DNA of 64,000 nucleotides, taken from the NCBI GenBank assembly GCA_963664705.1, contig OY761556.1:3840001-3904000 (forward strand), in the 5' to 3' direction. The DNA is from Acidobacteriota bacterium. GTDB lineage: Bacteria; Acidobacteriota; UBA6911. How positions within the stretch are numbered: position 1 is the stretch's first letter; each line of letters begins with the position of its first letter. The position numbers were made by a program, and so were the translations under genes. Below are positions 37,792 to 47,880 of the stretch, in pieces. The notes below the pieces were generated by a model, which searched no databases, was not told the origin of the DNA, and saw only the letters and a list, made by a program, of their open reading frames with translations.

Positions 37792-38703
37792 GTGCTGCGT
37801 ACATTCCTGCTCTTCCTTGCACATAAAGAAGGGTTTAAGAATTTTGCTCTCAAATTCAAGTTCTTCCGGAACACAGCATCCCGCTTTGTTGCAGGCGAAA
37901 CCTTGGATGCAGCCATCGCGGCTGTCCGCCAGGTCAACGCTCAAAACATAGCCGGAACCCTGGATCTTCTCGGCGAAAACACTCTTACGCGGGAAGATGC
38001 TCTGGCAGCCTGCCGGGATGTCATGGAAATCCTGAACAGAATCCGCGACGAAAAAGTGGATTGCAATGTATCGGTCAAACTGACTCAACTTGGGTTGGCA
38101 CTGGATCCGGAATTCGCGCATCAAAACCTGCTCCAGGTTGTCCGGCGCGCACGCGAAACGGGGAGCTTTATCCGTGTTGATATGGAAGATAGTCCATACA
38201 CCCAAATAACGCTGGATCTTGTCAGGAAGGTGCACGAACAGTTGGATAACGTGGGGACGGTCATTCAGGCATATCTTTATCGCAGCGGGAAGGACATCCG
38301 TGACCTTATTCGGGAAGGCATCCGCGTCCGTCTCGTGAAAGGAGCCTACCTGGAACCGGAAACCATCGCTTTTCGAAAAAAGCAGGAAACGGACGCCAAT
38401 TTCGTACAACTCATGCAGCAACTGCTCCAGGCCAAGACCTATAATGCAATCGCGACACACGATGAGGCCATTATCCAGTCGACGGAGAAATTCGCTCGGA
38501 CTCAAAATATCCCGAAGGACCGTTTTGAATTCCAGATGCTGTACGGTATCCGCAGGGATTTGCAGGCCAGGTTGGCTCAGGAAGGATACAGAGTCCGAAT
38601 CTATATTCCCTTCGGTCAGCGGTGGTATCCTTATTTCATGAGACGACTCGCTGAACGACCGGCCAACGTGCTGTTTATTCTCCGAAACATCTTGAAGGAC
38701 TAG
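37792..38703 (+). CDS. Proline dehydrogenase (monofunctional)
   Basis: RFVAGE, SVKLTQLG, RVDME, RLVKGAY, ATHD, FQMLYG and YFMRRLAERP motifs. Confidence 0.94.
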   Translation: MLRTFLLFLAHKEGFKNFALKFKFFRNTASRFVAGETLDAAIAAVRQVNAQNIAGTLDLLGENTLTREDALAACRDVMEILNRIRDEKVDCNVSVKLTQLGLALDPEFAHQNLLQVVRRARETGSFIRVDMEDSPYTQITLDLVRKVHEQLDNVGTVIQAYLYRSGKDIRDLIREGIRVRLVKGAYLEPETIAFRKKQETDANFVQLMQQLLQAKTYNAIATHDEAIIQSTEKFARTQNIPKDRFEFQMLYGIRRDLQARLAQEGYRVRIYIPFGQRWYPYFMRRLAERPANVLFILRNILKD

Positions 38704-38776
38704 ACGCGTATCCGGGAATTAGGCTCACAGGAATGCTCAAAGCATGACTTTATTATCCGGTGATTCGAGGAAAGAA

Positions 38777-39205
38777 ATGGAAGATCCGATCGCTGTCTGC
38801 CCGCAATGCGGGGCAAAAAACAGGCTTCACGCCGCCCAGCCCGACCAGCTTCCGATTTGCGGGAAATGCAAGGGTTCGCTCCCGTGGATTGTGGCCGGCA
38901 CCGACATCAGCTTTAAAAAAGACCTGGAAACATCTACGCCTGTGCTTGTGGATTTCTGGGCCGAGTGGTGTGCCCCATGCCGAATGACGACTCCTGTTCT
39001 GGAGGAACTGGCAAAAGATAAGGCCGGTCAGATAAAAATTGTAAAAATCAATGTGGATCAGAATCCGACGATATCGCAGCAGTTTAACATCCGCAGCATT
39101 CCGACTCTGATTTTATTTAAGGAGGGGCACCCGGTCGAAACGCTCGTAGGAGCTATGTCGAAAAATGCGCTTCTGGAGCGCCTCCAGCATCATCTGGAGG
39201 CGTAA
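38777..39205 (+). CDS. trxC: Thioredoxin with N-terminal Zn finger (TrxC type)
   Basis: CPQC...CGKC plus WCAPC active site. Confidence 0.88.
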   Translation: MEDPIAVCPQCGAKNRLHAAQPDQLPICGKCKGSLPWIVAGTDISFKKDLETSTPVLVDFWAEWCAPCRMTTPVLEELAKDKAGQIKIVKINVDQNPTISQQFNIRSIPTLILFKEGHPVETLVGAMSKNALLERLQHHLEA

Positions 39206-39267
39206 AGCTTTGCTTGCCGGGAGCGGCATCGCTCCCGGTAAGCCTCAGGCGGTTCAAATGTTTCGCG

Positions 39268-40536
39268 TTATCTCGCCGCTTGCTTGATAAATCCCGGCAC
39301 GGACTCCTTGCGGATCAGATCTTCCCAGGATTCTCTCTCGCGGGTCACATAAAATTTGTCGCCGTCAACAAGCACTTCCGCAGCGCGTCCCCGCATGTTG
39401 TAATTCGAGGACATGGAGAATCCGTATGCCCCGGCACTCATGACCGCCAGCAATTCACCCTGGCGCATCTCGGGCAGAGCGCGTTCCCGGGCAATGAAAT
39501 CAGAGGATTCGCAAATCGGGCCGACGACATCGACGGTGCGCGACTCGCGCTGCTTCTTCTCAACCGGTTGAATCGCGTGGTAGGAGCCGTACAGACTTGG
39601 GCGCACCAGATCATTCATCCCGGCATCGACAATAATGAACTCCTTGGCTTCGGTCTTTTTCGTATATAGAACCTTGGTCAACAGCATTCCGGCATTCCCC
39701 ACGATGACGCGGCCAGGTTCCAGTATGAGCGTGCAGGACAGATCGCGGAGTTCGCTTACGACGGCCTCTGCATACTCGCGTGGATGCGGCGGCGCCTCTT
39801 CATTGTAGGAAATACCCAATCCACCGCCGAGATCGAGGTACTGTATGCCTATCCCCTGTTGCCCCAGGCGCGCTACGAGCAGTTTCAGTCGGTTCAGAGC
39901 CTCGATAAACGGAGAAATTTCGGTCAACTGACTTCCAATGTGACAGTCAATGCCAAGAATCTCGATATGGTCGAGTTCGTTTGCCATCTGGTAGGCAACC
40001 AATGCCTGTTCGATATCGATTCCGAATTTGTTCTTTTTGAGCCCGGTAGAAATATAGGGGTGCGTTTTGGGATCAACATCCGGGTTGACGCGCAAGGATA
40101 TCCTGGCCGTCCGGCCCATCAGCGCAGCGCGGGCATTAATCGCCTCGAGTTCCTGAGTGGATTCGATGTTGAACATCAGGATGTCTTCGCGCAAAGCGTA
40201 GTCGATCTCGGCTTCTGTTTTCCCTACTCCGGAATAGACGATACGATTCGCGGGAATACCCGCCTGACGCGCTTTAAACAGCTCGCCGCCGGACACGATA
40301 TCGGCTCCACCGCCGAGAGAAGCAAACAATCCGAGGATTGCCAGATTCGCATTTGCCTTGACCGAGTAGCAGGTCAGGTGCGGCATACCCTGGAAGGCCC
40401 CGTCGAAAACCGTAAAGTGCTGCTTCAATGTCGCACTGCTATATATATAGGAAGGGGTTCCCACCTTCGCTGCAATGTCACGAATTGGAACATTCTCGCA
40501 ATAGAGTTCATCGCCCTGATACTGAAAATGGTGCAT
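39268..40536 (-). CDS. lysA: Diaminopimelate decarboxylase
   Basis: YSVKAN, HIGSQ, DLGGG, EPGR, GPICES and GAYG motifs; start taken at ATG 40536. Confidence 0.96.
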   Translation of the reverse strand: MHHFQYQGDELYCENVPIRDIAAKVGTPSYIYSSATLKQHFTVFDGAFQGMPHLTCYSVKANANLAILGLFASLGGGADIVSGGELFKARQAGIPANRIVYSGVGKTEAEIDYALREDILMFNIESTQELEAINARAALMGRTARISLRVNPDVDPKTHPYISTGLKKNKFGIDIEQALVAYQMANELDHIEILGIDCHIGSQLTEISPFIEALNRLKLLVARLGQQGIGIQYLDLGGGLGISYNEEAPPHPREYAEAVVSELRDLSCTLILEPGRVIVGNAGMLLTKVLYTKKTEAKEFIIVDAGMNDLVRPSLYGSYHAIQPVEKKQRESRTVDVVGPICESSDFIARERALPEMRQGELLAVMSAGAYGFSMSSNYNMRGRAAEVLVDGDKFYVTRERESWEDLIRKESVPGFIKQAAR

Positions 40537-40744
40537 TTCGCCGCTCTCTTTCTCTTCATTGACGCTAAACTTTGTACTTATAAGATAACTGGATATCCGG
40601 CACAAGAGGAAATGCTGAATGAGATGGCGGCGCACCTGCTAAACTGTCCGAAGAGATTCTTTAGGCCATCGGCTCTTCAAGGTTATTCTTGGCATGATCG
40701 AGTGATATAGTTTGACTGCATTCATTGAAAATTAGAGGAGGCAC

Positions 40745-41257
40745 ATGGGTACACGAGGCAGAGAAATAGTTGGAATGGATGTAGATGAACTGCTGAAGCT
40801 TTTGAACGGAGCCTTTGCCAGTGAATGGCTTGCCTACTATCAATACTGGCTCGGAGCCAAGGTGATTAAAGGCCCGATGAAGGATGCGGTGGCGGCAGAA
40901 TTGAATCTCCATGCCACGGAGGAACTCGCGCATGCAACTCTGCTGGCAACCCGCATTGTGCAGCTTGGCGGCATGCCGGCAGCCACGCCTCAACAGTGGT
41001 TCAATCTGAGCCCGTGTGCTTACGATGCCCCCGAAGATCCGTATGTATCGGTTCTGCTTGCACAGAACATCGCGGGAGAACAATGCGCCATCACAACCTA
41101 CAAAAACCTGATGGACGTCACAAAGGATAAAGATATGGTGACGTACAATATGGCGCTGACAATTCTCGAGCAGGAAGTCGAGCACGAGGAAGACCTGCAA
41201 AGTCTGCAGGAAGATCTGGAACTCATGGTGGGACGAGGATTGAACACCAAGGCATAG
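40745..41257 (+). CDS. Dps-like / bacterioferritin-related ferritin protein
   Basis: SEWLAYYQYW, EELAHA, GEQCAI and EVEHEED diiron ligands. Confidence 0.85.
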   Translation: MGTRGREIVGMDVDELLKLLNGAFASEWLAYYQYWLGAKVIKGPMKDAVAAELNLHATEELAHATLLATRIVQLGGMPAATPQQWFNLSPCAYDAPEDPYVSVLLAQNIAGEQCAITTYKNLMDVTKDKDMVTYNMALTILEQEVEHEEDLQSLQEDLELMVGRGLNTKA

Positions 41258-41351
41258 GGAAACCCTGATAATCCATATTCCGGGATGCGGACAGCATCCT
41301 TTCGCGAAAGCTGCAAGACGCAGTCTGGCTTGCAGCCGGCGCCTTCAAAAG

Positions 41352-42179
41352 ATGACGGCCTATTTTGATTATGAGTTCAGCCCAACCGATATACGCGATC
41401 TGAGAATCGCCAAAGCAAGACTGGAGAACCCTGGCCTTGCCGCCCGGCTGGCGGACCTTGTGGGCAAACCTGTCGATCAGGCACTGAAATCCCTCCCTGC
41501 CGGGCTGAACAGAACAGCTACGAATATCGCACGCCGTGCGCTGCTCAAGGGCCTCGGTTTTGCAATCAGCACGCTGGGCTCTCCAAAGCCTGCCAGATCA
41601 AGAGATGGGCTGCATAAGATTCTGGTGGCCGGCACGGGAATAGCCGGCGGAGCTGCAGGCATCGCCGCGGCCGCACTGGAAATTCCAATCTCGACAACCA
41701 TCATGCTCCGCTCGATTGCAGATATCGCCCGCAGCGAGGGACATGACATCACACTCATTGAAACCAAGCTCTCCTGCCTGGAAGTGTTTGCACTTGGAGG
41801 CCGAAGTTCCTGGGATGATTCGGTCGAAGAAGGTTATTGGGTTGTCCGCTCGGCACTGGCAAAATCGATATCTCAAGCCGCTGCCTTTATCGGGAGACGG
41901 GGATTAGCCGAAGAGGGCGCCCCGCCAATTGTCCGTTTTATCAGCACGATCGCCTCCAGGTTCAGCGCGGTCATCACGGACGAAATGGCAGCCAAAGCAA
42001 TCCCGTTGATTGGCGCGGTTGCCGGGGGAGCCATCAACGTCGCCTTCATGCAGCATTTTCAGCAGATGGCACGCGGTCATTTTGTAATCCGGCGGCTTGA
42101 ACAGAAATACGGCTCAGCCCGAGTTGAAAACCTGTATCGCGATATTTCGCTGGAAGAGCGATCTTTAGAAAGTATTTGA
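41352..42179 (+). CDS. EcsC family protein
   Basis: LENPG, EIPISTTIMLRSIADIARSEG and CLEVFALG motifs. Confidence 0.8.
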   Translation: MTAYFDYEFSPTDIRDLRIAKARLENPGLAARLADLVGKPVDQALKSLPAGLNRTATNIARRALLKGLGFAISTLGSPKPARSRDGLHKILVAGTGIAGGAAGIAAAALEIPISTTIMLRSIADIARSEGHDITLIETKLSCLEVFALGGRSSWDDSVEEGYWVVRSALAKSISQAAAFIGRRGLAEEGAPPIVRFISTIASRFSAVITDEMAAKAIPLIGAVAGGAINVAFMQHFQQMARGHFVIRRLEQKYGSARVENLYRDISLEERSLESI

Positions 42180-42186
42180 GGAAATT

Positions 42187-42987
42187 ATGAACCGGATTCC
42201 GGGGCGTTTCATTATCTGGGCTTCCCTAGCCGTGCTTCTTGCATCATCGGTATCAACCATTGCGGAAGTCAAACTCATCCGTGAAGACAAGCAGGCCGGC
42301 CTGGAGCTTTGGGATACGCTGCTTGGCCGTCTCTGGATTCCCAAACCAGGCTTGGCTGTAATCAAACACCTCGAGCATGAACAGTCGGTCGAAAAAGTAT
42401 ACGACCATCCGTCCGTCCATGTGTCCAACGGGGATATCGTCATCGATTGCGGCGCACACATTGGCGGGTTCACCCGAGTGGCTCTTCTCGCAGGGGCACA
42501 AATGGTAATTGCCGTAGAACCGGAAAAGTCGAATATCGTTGCCTTCCGGCGGAACTTCGCGGAGGCGTTGAAAAACGGCAAGGTCATTCTGGTTGAAAAG
42601 GGCGTTTGGGACAGCAACAGTACGCTGCCGCTTCATCTTTCGTCGGTTGGCGATTCGCACAGCGTCTCTTTCCAGCAAAACACAGGCAAAGACGAGGTCA
42701 TTCAACTCATCACCATCGACGATCTGGTTCGCAGTCTGAAACTGCCTCGCGTTGATTTCATCAAAATGGACATTGAAGGCGCCGAACGCAATGCCTTGCT
42801 GGGTTCAAAACTGACCTGCAAGCAATGGCGCCCCCGCATGGCGATTTCCGCATACCACAAGAAAACAGATCCCGGCGATATTTGTTCGGTAATCTGGAAT
42901 TTCCAACCGGGATACCTTGTGGAGTCGAAAGACGTATTGCGTCGCTCCGACGGCTCGGAGACTCCCAAGGTTCTATTTTTCCGATAA
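42187..42987 (+). CDS. FkbM-family SAM-dependent methyltransferase with signal-peptide-like N-terminus
   Basis: IDCGAHIG, AVEP, FIKMDIEGAE and ISAYH motifs. Confidence 0.85.
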   Translation: MNRIPGRFIIWASLAVLLASSVSTIAEVKLIREDKQAGLELWDTLLGRLWIPKPGLAVIKHLEHEQSVEKVYDHPSVHVSNGDIVIDCGAHIGGFTRVALLAGAQMVIAVEPEKSNIVAFRRNFAEALKNGKVILVEKGVWDSNSTLPLHLSSVGDSHSVSFQQNTGKDEVIQLITIDDLVRSLKLPRVDFIKMDIEGAERNALLGSKLTCKQWRPRMAISAYHKKTDPGDICSVIWNFQPGYLVESKDVLRRSDGSETPKVLFFR

Positions 42988-43116
42988 AAGCCCGCTGATA
43001 AATTTCCTGCAAATATCACCAGGGATACAGGCGAGATTCTATCTATACTCATGTCGGAGCAGGAATTAGCCGAAAAGAGAATCGAACGCTTACAGGTACT
43101 CCGGCAGGAGCTATAG

Positions 43117-46100
43117 ATGATCCGATATAGGGCGATGTCTCGTGCTGTTCAAGCGAAATGTCCCCGTCTCCGTGTCTGCTTTATCAGAAATGTGCCCTGT
43201 TGCATCGCGGGGATTCTGCTTCTGAGCATTGCCCTTGCCTCAAACTCCGGAACAGCAGCGCCAAAGGAAAGTGGCTCCAGCTCGAGACTTCCGCTCATCC
43301 TTGACCAGTCGGAAGGCCTGCCACGCTCGCTCTTCCCGTTTCACAGCTATGGCGCAAATTCCGGCCTCGATAACCTGGCCGTCCGCCGAATTGTACAAGA
43401 CAAGATCGGGTTTCTGTGGGTCGGAACAGAGGACGGATTGTATCGTTTCGACGGGGAACGATTCTCCCGCTATGATTCATCCAAGGGGCTGCCATCCACC
43501 TGGATTGCAGATCTCCTGGCCACACCCGAGGGAGACCTCTGGATTTGCACGCCTCAAGGCCTCGCCGTTCGGAAAGGCATTGGATTTGAAGCAGTGCCCG
43601 CCGGCGAGAGCGGTCTGCCGGAGGGTCCGTGCAATGCAATCGCCCGCGACGACAGGGGCGTCATCTGGGTCGCACACAAAGCCGGTTTATATTTCCAACG
43701 CAATGGACGTTTTCACCGCCTGCCGGGATTCCCGGCGGGTTCAGTCAGCGCGATTGTATCCGCAAACAACCCGTCGGGACCCGTGTATGCTTCTGTAAAA
43801 GGAATTGTTGCCAAAATTGAAAATTATCGAGTCACCGGAAAATATGCGATCCGTCCATCCAATCCGGAAATGATCGAATCCCTCGCGGCGGACAATTCCG
43901 GAAGGATCTGGGCGCAAAGCGCGCGCAAGCTGTTTTGCCTCCTGCCGGGATCAACCGATTTTCGCGATGAAAGCGTCGGCATTCCAGCCGTTTCATCCAG
44001 AGGCCTCCTTTCAATCGACCGAAGCGGCAGGTTATGGGTTCCCACCGATGAGGGAATGAGCTGCAGAACGGGCGATAATTGGAGGCATTTCGACCCGGAG
44101 GATGGGCTGCCCACGGATTGGACCCGCTACGTATTCGAGGATCGCGAAGGATCCTTGTGGGTAGCAAGTATCGGGATTCATCGATTGATAGGCCGCGGAT
44201 CCTGGACTTCATGGACACGTGCTCAGGGGCTTCCCAGCGAGACCGTCTGGAGCATTTATCGCAGCCGGCGCGGAGATTTGTGGATTTCCACGGACAAGGG
44301 CTTGTGTCGCGCGACATCCAAAGGCTGGCAGGTTCTCCCTGGAACCGAGAAGACGGTTGTGCGCCAAATCCAGGAGGACAGCAAGGGTCGCTTATGGATG
44401 GGGCTTGTCCCCGCAGGGATCTTCCGCTACAACCCGGCGACCAATGAACTGATCAAATATGACAGCAATTCGGGCGTCGCAGGCCTGCGCGTTCTCTGTT
44501 TGCGGGAGGATGCCGAAGGCCAGATCTGGGCAGCAACCGACGGCGCCGGGTTATTACGCTTTCGGCCTGAAACGAATAACTTCGTTCGCGAAGAAGTGCC
44601 CGATGGAACGGCCGAGGAAACCTTTCGGTATATTCTGCGCGACAGCCAGAATCGTCTCTGGGTAACCGGAGAGCACGGACTGCTTTTGAGAATCGGGTCG
44701 GAGTGGCGCCGTTTCACGCGCGCGAACGGATTCAAACAAAATCATGTTTCGTATATCACAGAACTGAGTTCCGGAGATTTCTGGCTTTCCTACTTTGAGC
44801 CGCTTGGAATAATCCGTTTTGAATTAAGCAATGGAACTATCAGGATTCGGGAGCATCTGGATCGCGCTAACGGGTTGTCTTCGGCAAAGGTCTATCTGCT
44901 CGGCGAAGACTTGAGCAACAACCTATGGGTGGGCACGGGCAAAGGGATTGACATCATTTCGCCCAAAGGGATGGTCCATTTCTCAAAGGGAGACGGCCTT
45001 GCAGGCGATGACGTCGATGCCATGGCCTATCTGGTTGAACCCAATGGATCTGTTTTCGTGGGAACCAGCTCCGGCCTCAGCATGTACCGCAGTGAAACGG
45101 ATTCTGAGCACAGCCTGGCCCCGATGCCGGTTATTCTGACGGCACAACTTGGAGATCGTATTCTCCCGCAGGGGGATTCCGCTACACCCAAATATCCGAG
45201 CAGCTGCAATGTTCTAAATTTGGACTTTGCCTCACTGAGTTTCCTGCATCAATCGCAGATAGAGTATGCCGCCAGGCTGAATGGAATCGAAACCGAGTGG
45301 CATAGCGCACAGCGCAATACGCACTATGCTGGATTGCCCCCGGGGAAATACACTTATGAAGTGCGGGCACGGCTCGGATCAGGCCCATGGAGCCAGCCGG
45401 CAAGGCTGGTATTCCAGATTCAGCCGCCCTGGTGGCGAACATGGCCGGCACTGGTGAGTTGGGTGGTCCTGATCGCTACCGCGATCTTTATTGGCATGCG
45501 GTGGCGAATGCAGCATTTGAGAAAGCGTACGAGACAGTTGGAGAGCCTGGTTTCAGCCCGCACCATCGAGTTGGCGATGGCAAATGCAGATCTGGAAAGA
45601 CTCAGCATCACAGATCCGCTGACGGGCCTGAAAAACCGCAGGTATCTTGAATTCTCGATTCTCGAGGATATGGCTCGAGTGCGTCGCGCATCTCAGCCGA
45701 TAGAAGCGGAGTGGCAGGGCTTTGAAGATACGACCGCAAGCATTACATTCCTGGTCATCGATATCGACCATTTTAAAAAGGTAAACGATGAGTTCGGGCA
45801 TAATGCCGGAGACAGGGTACTGCGGCAGATGGGAGCGGTTTTAGGGTCTGCAGTCCGCGAGTCCGATACTACTGTGCGCTGGGGTGGAGAGGAGTTCCTT
45901 GTCATTGCCCGGAATCCCAAAGGAAGTGACCCGACGGGATTGGCCGAGCGAGTCCGGAAGAATGTCGAAGCCGCCATTTTCGCGGTATCGCAGGATCAAA
46001 ACATCCATCTTACCTGCAGCGGCGGATATGCATCCTGGCCTTTTTTCAAGCATGAGCCGGATGCCCTGGGATGGCAGGAGGTTCTCGCGCTGGCCGACCG

Positions 46101-46350
46101 GTGCCTGTACCTGGCCAAGAAAAGCGGACGCAATGCCTGGTTCGGAGTATCCTCCGCGCCAAATTACCGAGGAATCGTCGAATACACAGCGTTGAATGAT
46201 TTTCGTGCGGCAGAATCTACCGGAATCATCACGGTTCAGTCGTCGGCATCCATGATGTTGCCGAGTGCTTCGTCCCTGGGAACAAGACTCAAGGGATCGG
46301 AAAAGAAGCAGGACAACCGGGACATGGAACACTCGGAGTTGTTTGGTTAG
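43117..46350 (+). CDS. Diguanylate cyclase with periplasmic beta-propeller/Y_Y_Y sensor
   Basis: Repeated DxxGxLW blades, LPPGKYTYEV, a TM helix, DIDHFKKVND, RESD I-site and GGEEF. Confidence 0.92.
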   Translation: MIRYRAMSRAVQAKCPRLRVCFIRNVPCCIAGILLLSIALASNSGTAAPKESGSSSRLPLILDQSEGLPRSLFPFHSYGANSGLDNLAVRRIVQDKIGFLWVGTEDGLYRFDGERFSRYDSSKGLPSTWIADLLATPEGDLWICTPQGLAVRKGIGFEAVPAGESGLPEGPCNAIARDDRGVIWVAHKAGLYFQRNGRFHRLPGFPAGSVSAIVSANNPSGPVYASVKGIVAKIENYRVTGKYAIRPSNPEMIESLAADNSGRIWAQSARKLFCLLPGSTDFRDESVGIPAVSSRGLLSIDRSGRLWVPTDEGMSCRTGDNWRHFDPEDGLPTDWTRYVFEDREGSLWVASIGIHRLIGRGSWTSWTRAQGLPSETVWSIYRSRRGDLWISTDKGLCRATSKGWQVLPGTEKTVVRQIQEDSKGRLWMGLVPAGIFRYNPATNELIKYDSNSGVAGLRVLCLREDAEGQIWAATDGAGLLRFRPETNNFVREEVPDGTAEETFRYILRDSQNRLWVTGEHGLLLRIGSEWRRFTRANGFKQNHVSYITELSSGDFWLSYFEPLGIIRFELSNGTIRIREHLDRANGLSSAKVYLLGEDLSNNLWVGTGKGIDIISPKGMVHFSKGDGLAGDDVDAMAYLVEPNGSVFVGTSSGLSMYRSETDSEHSLAPMPVILTAQLGDRILPQGDSATPKYPSSCNVLNLDFASLSFLHQSQIEYAARLNGIETEWHSAQRNTHYAGLPPGKYTYEVRARLGSGPWSQPARLVFQIQPPWWRTWPALVSWVVLIATAIFIGMRWRMQHLRKRTRQLESLVSARTIELAMANADLERLSITDPLTGLKNRRYLEFSILEDMARVRRASQPIEAEWQGFEDTTASITFLVIDIDHFKKVNDEFGHNAGDRVLRQMGAVLGSAVRESDTTVRWGGEEFLVIARNPKGSDPTGLAERVRKNVEAAIFAVSQDQNIHLTCSGGYASWPFFKHEPDALGWQEVLALADRCLYLAKKSGRNAWFGVSSAPNYRGIVEYTALNDFRAAESTGIITVQSSASMMLPSASSLGTRLKGSEKKQDNRDMEHSELFG

Positions 46351-46366
46351 ACGCGGACATCCCGCT

Positions 46367-46427
46367 GGAATCAGAGGACAGAAGCCAATGAAAAATTATT
46401 CTATCCTGACTTCCGTCTTCGGATTCC
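46367..46427. repeat. Degenerate heptamer-type inverted repeat between convergent genes
   Basis: GGAATCAGAGGACAGAAGCCA versus TGACTTCCGTCTTCGGATTCC (17/21 complementary). Confidence 0.6.
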
Positions 46428-46444
46428 GTTTCCCGGACACGTTC

Positions 46445-46777
46445 CTAGGGTTTCTTAAGCGTCCTTATGAAGGCGATTACATCGGTAAGTTCCTGTTCCG
46501 AAATGCTGACCGGCTTCATTTTCCCTTTCCCTTCGGTGATGACCTTCTTGAGGGTTGCATCATCGAGAGATTGGACTTCTTTGGAATAAAGATGAGGCAT
46601 GGTGACACCAAGAACTTTGCCAATGGCTTCTTTTCCCTCTCCGGAATCGCCATGACAAATTGCACAACGGCTGAATACCTGTTTACCGGCAACGGCATTT
46701 CCCTTCTCGGCGGCAAGAATCCAAGAGGGGATTATCAGAGCGGGAAGAAAAAACCAGATACCCGTACGAAACCGCAT
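46445..46777 (-). CDS. Mono-heme c-type cytochrome
   Basis: Signal peptide, CAICH and distal Met (GKMKP); GGAGG RBS before ATG 46777. Confidence 0.88.
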   Translation of the reverse strand: MRFRTGIWFFLPALIIPSWILAAEKGNAVAGKQVFSRCAICHGDSGEGKEAIGKVLGVTMPHLYSKEVQSLDDATLKKVITEGKGKMKPVSISEQELTDVIAFIRTLKKP

Positions 46778-46888
46778 ACTACCTCCTTTTGCAGAACAGC
46801 CATGGGACATCCACTTCAAAAGATCCGACAAATAGCCGGTCATGTCCAGTGATATCACGGTAGTATTTGCCTGTTTTGGGAAGTTATA

Positions 46889-47857
46889 ATGGATTCTATG
46901 ATGATGGAACTGGAAGATACCAACGGCGAGGATCAAGGCCTTTCCGATTCATCGTTTGAGGACGTCGAGATCCCGAAGACGGATACGACGGAAATCGCAA
47001 AGTATGACCCGCTTCGACGATACCTGTCTGAGATCAGTCGCTTTACGCCCTTGGGACGCGACGAAGAGCACGAACTCGCCATTTTTTATCAAAAGACAGG
47101 GGACAGGGAGACGGCCTACCGGCTGGTGACCTCCAACCTGAAGCTTGTGGTAAAGATTGCGATGATTTATCACAAAGTATATCGCAACTTGCTGGATCTC
47201 ATTCAGGAAGGCAATCTGGGATTAATCCAGGCGGTCAAACGCTTTGATCCGCTGCGGGGAACACGGCTGCCCACCTATGCCGCCTGGTGGATCAAAGCCT
47301 ATATTTTGAAGTTCCTGCTGGATAATTCGCGCATGGTAAAGATCGGAACCACCAATGCGCGTCGCAAGATCCTCATGAACCTGAACAAGGAAAAGCGGGA
47401 ACTTGAAGCGAAAGGGATCATACCCACTTCCAAGCTGCTTGCCGAAAATCTAGGCGTTGATGAAGATGAGTTGAAGGATGTGGAGCAGGGGATGGCCGGG
47501 CCCGACATCTCACTCGATGCCCCTCTGGGATCTGACGATAGCGATACGCGCTACATCGATACGTTGCGCCTCATGGAGGAAAGTGTCGATGAAAAGATCG
47601 CCCAGGGCGAGTTTAGGGATATGCTGGAAAAACGTTTTGCCGATTTTTCCAAAACTCTCTCCGAACGGGAACGTGAGATATTGACGCGACGGCTCATCGC
47701 CGATGAGCCGGAAACGCTCCAGCAAATTGCCGACAGATATGGCATCTCACGCGAAGCGGTCCGAGTCGCAGAGAAGAAGCTCGTCAACAAACTCAAAAAG
47801 TATATGATCGATTCCTTTGGCGACGTGCGCGAAATCGAATTCCATTTGGCTGGATAA
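46889..47857 (+). CDS. RpoH/sigma32-like group 3 sigma factor
   Basis: DLIQEGNLGL, YAAWWIKA, MVKIGTT-ARRKILMNL (RpoH-box-like) and a region 4 HTH. Confidence 0.85.
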   Translation: MDSMMMELEDTNGEDQGLSDSSFEDVEIPKTDTTEIAKYDPLRRYLSEISRFTPLGRDEEHELAIFYQKTGDRETAYRLVTSNLKLVVKIAMIYHKVYRNLLDLIQEGNLGLIQAVKRFDPLRGTRLPTYAAWWIKAYILKFLLDNSRMVKIGTTNARRKILMNLNKEKRELEAKGIIPTSKLLAENLGVDEDELKDVEQGMAGPDISLDAPLGSDDSDTRYIDTLRLMEESVDEKIAQGEFRDMLEKRFADFSKTLSEREREILTRRLIADEPETLQQIADRYGISREAVRVAEKKLVNKLKKYMIDSFGDVREIEFHLAG

Positions 47858-47880
47858 CAGGCGCCGGCACAGGGCCGCGC

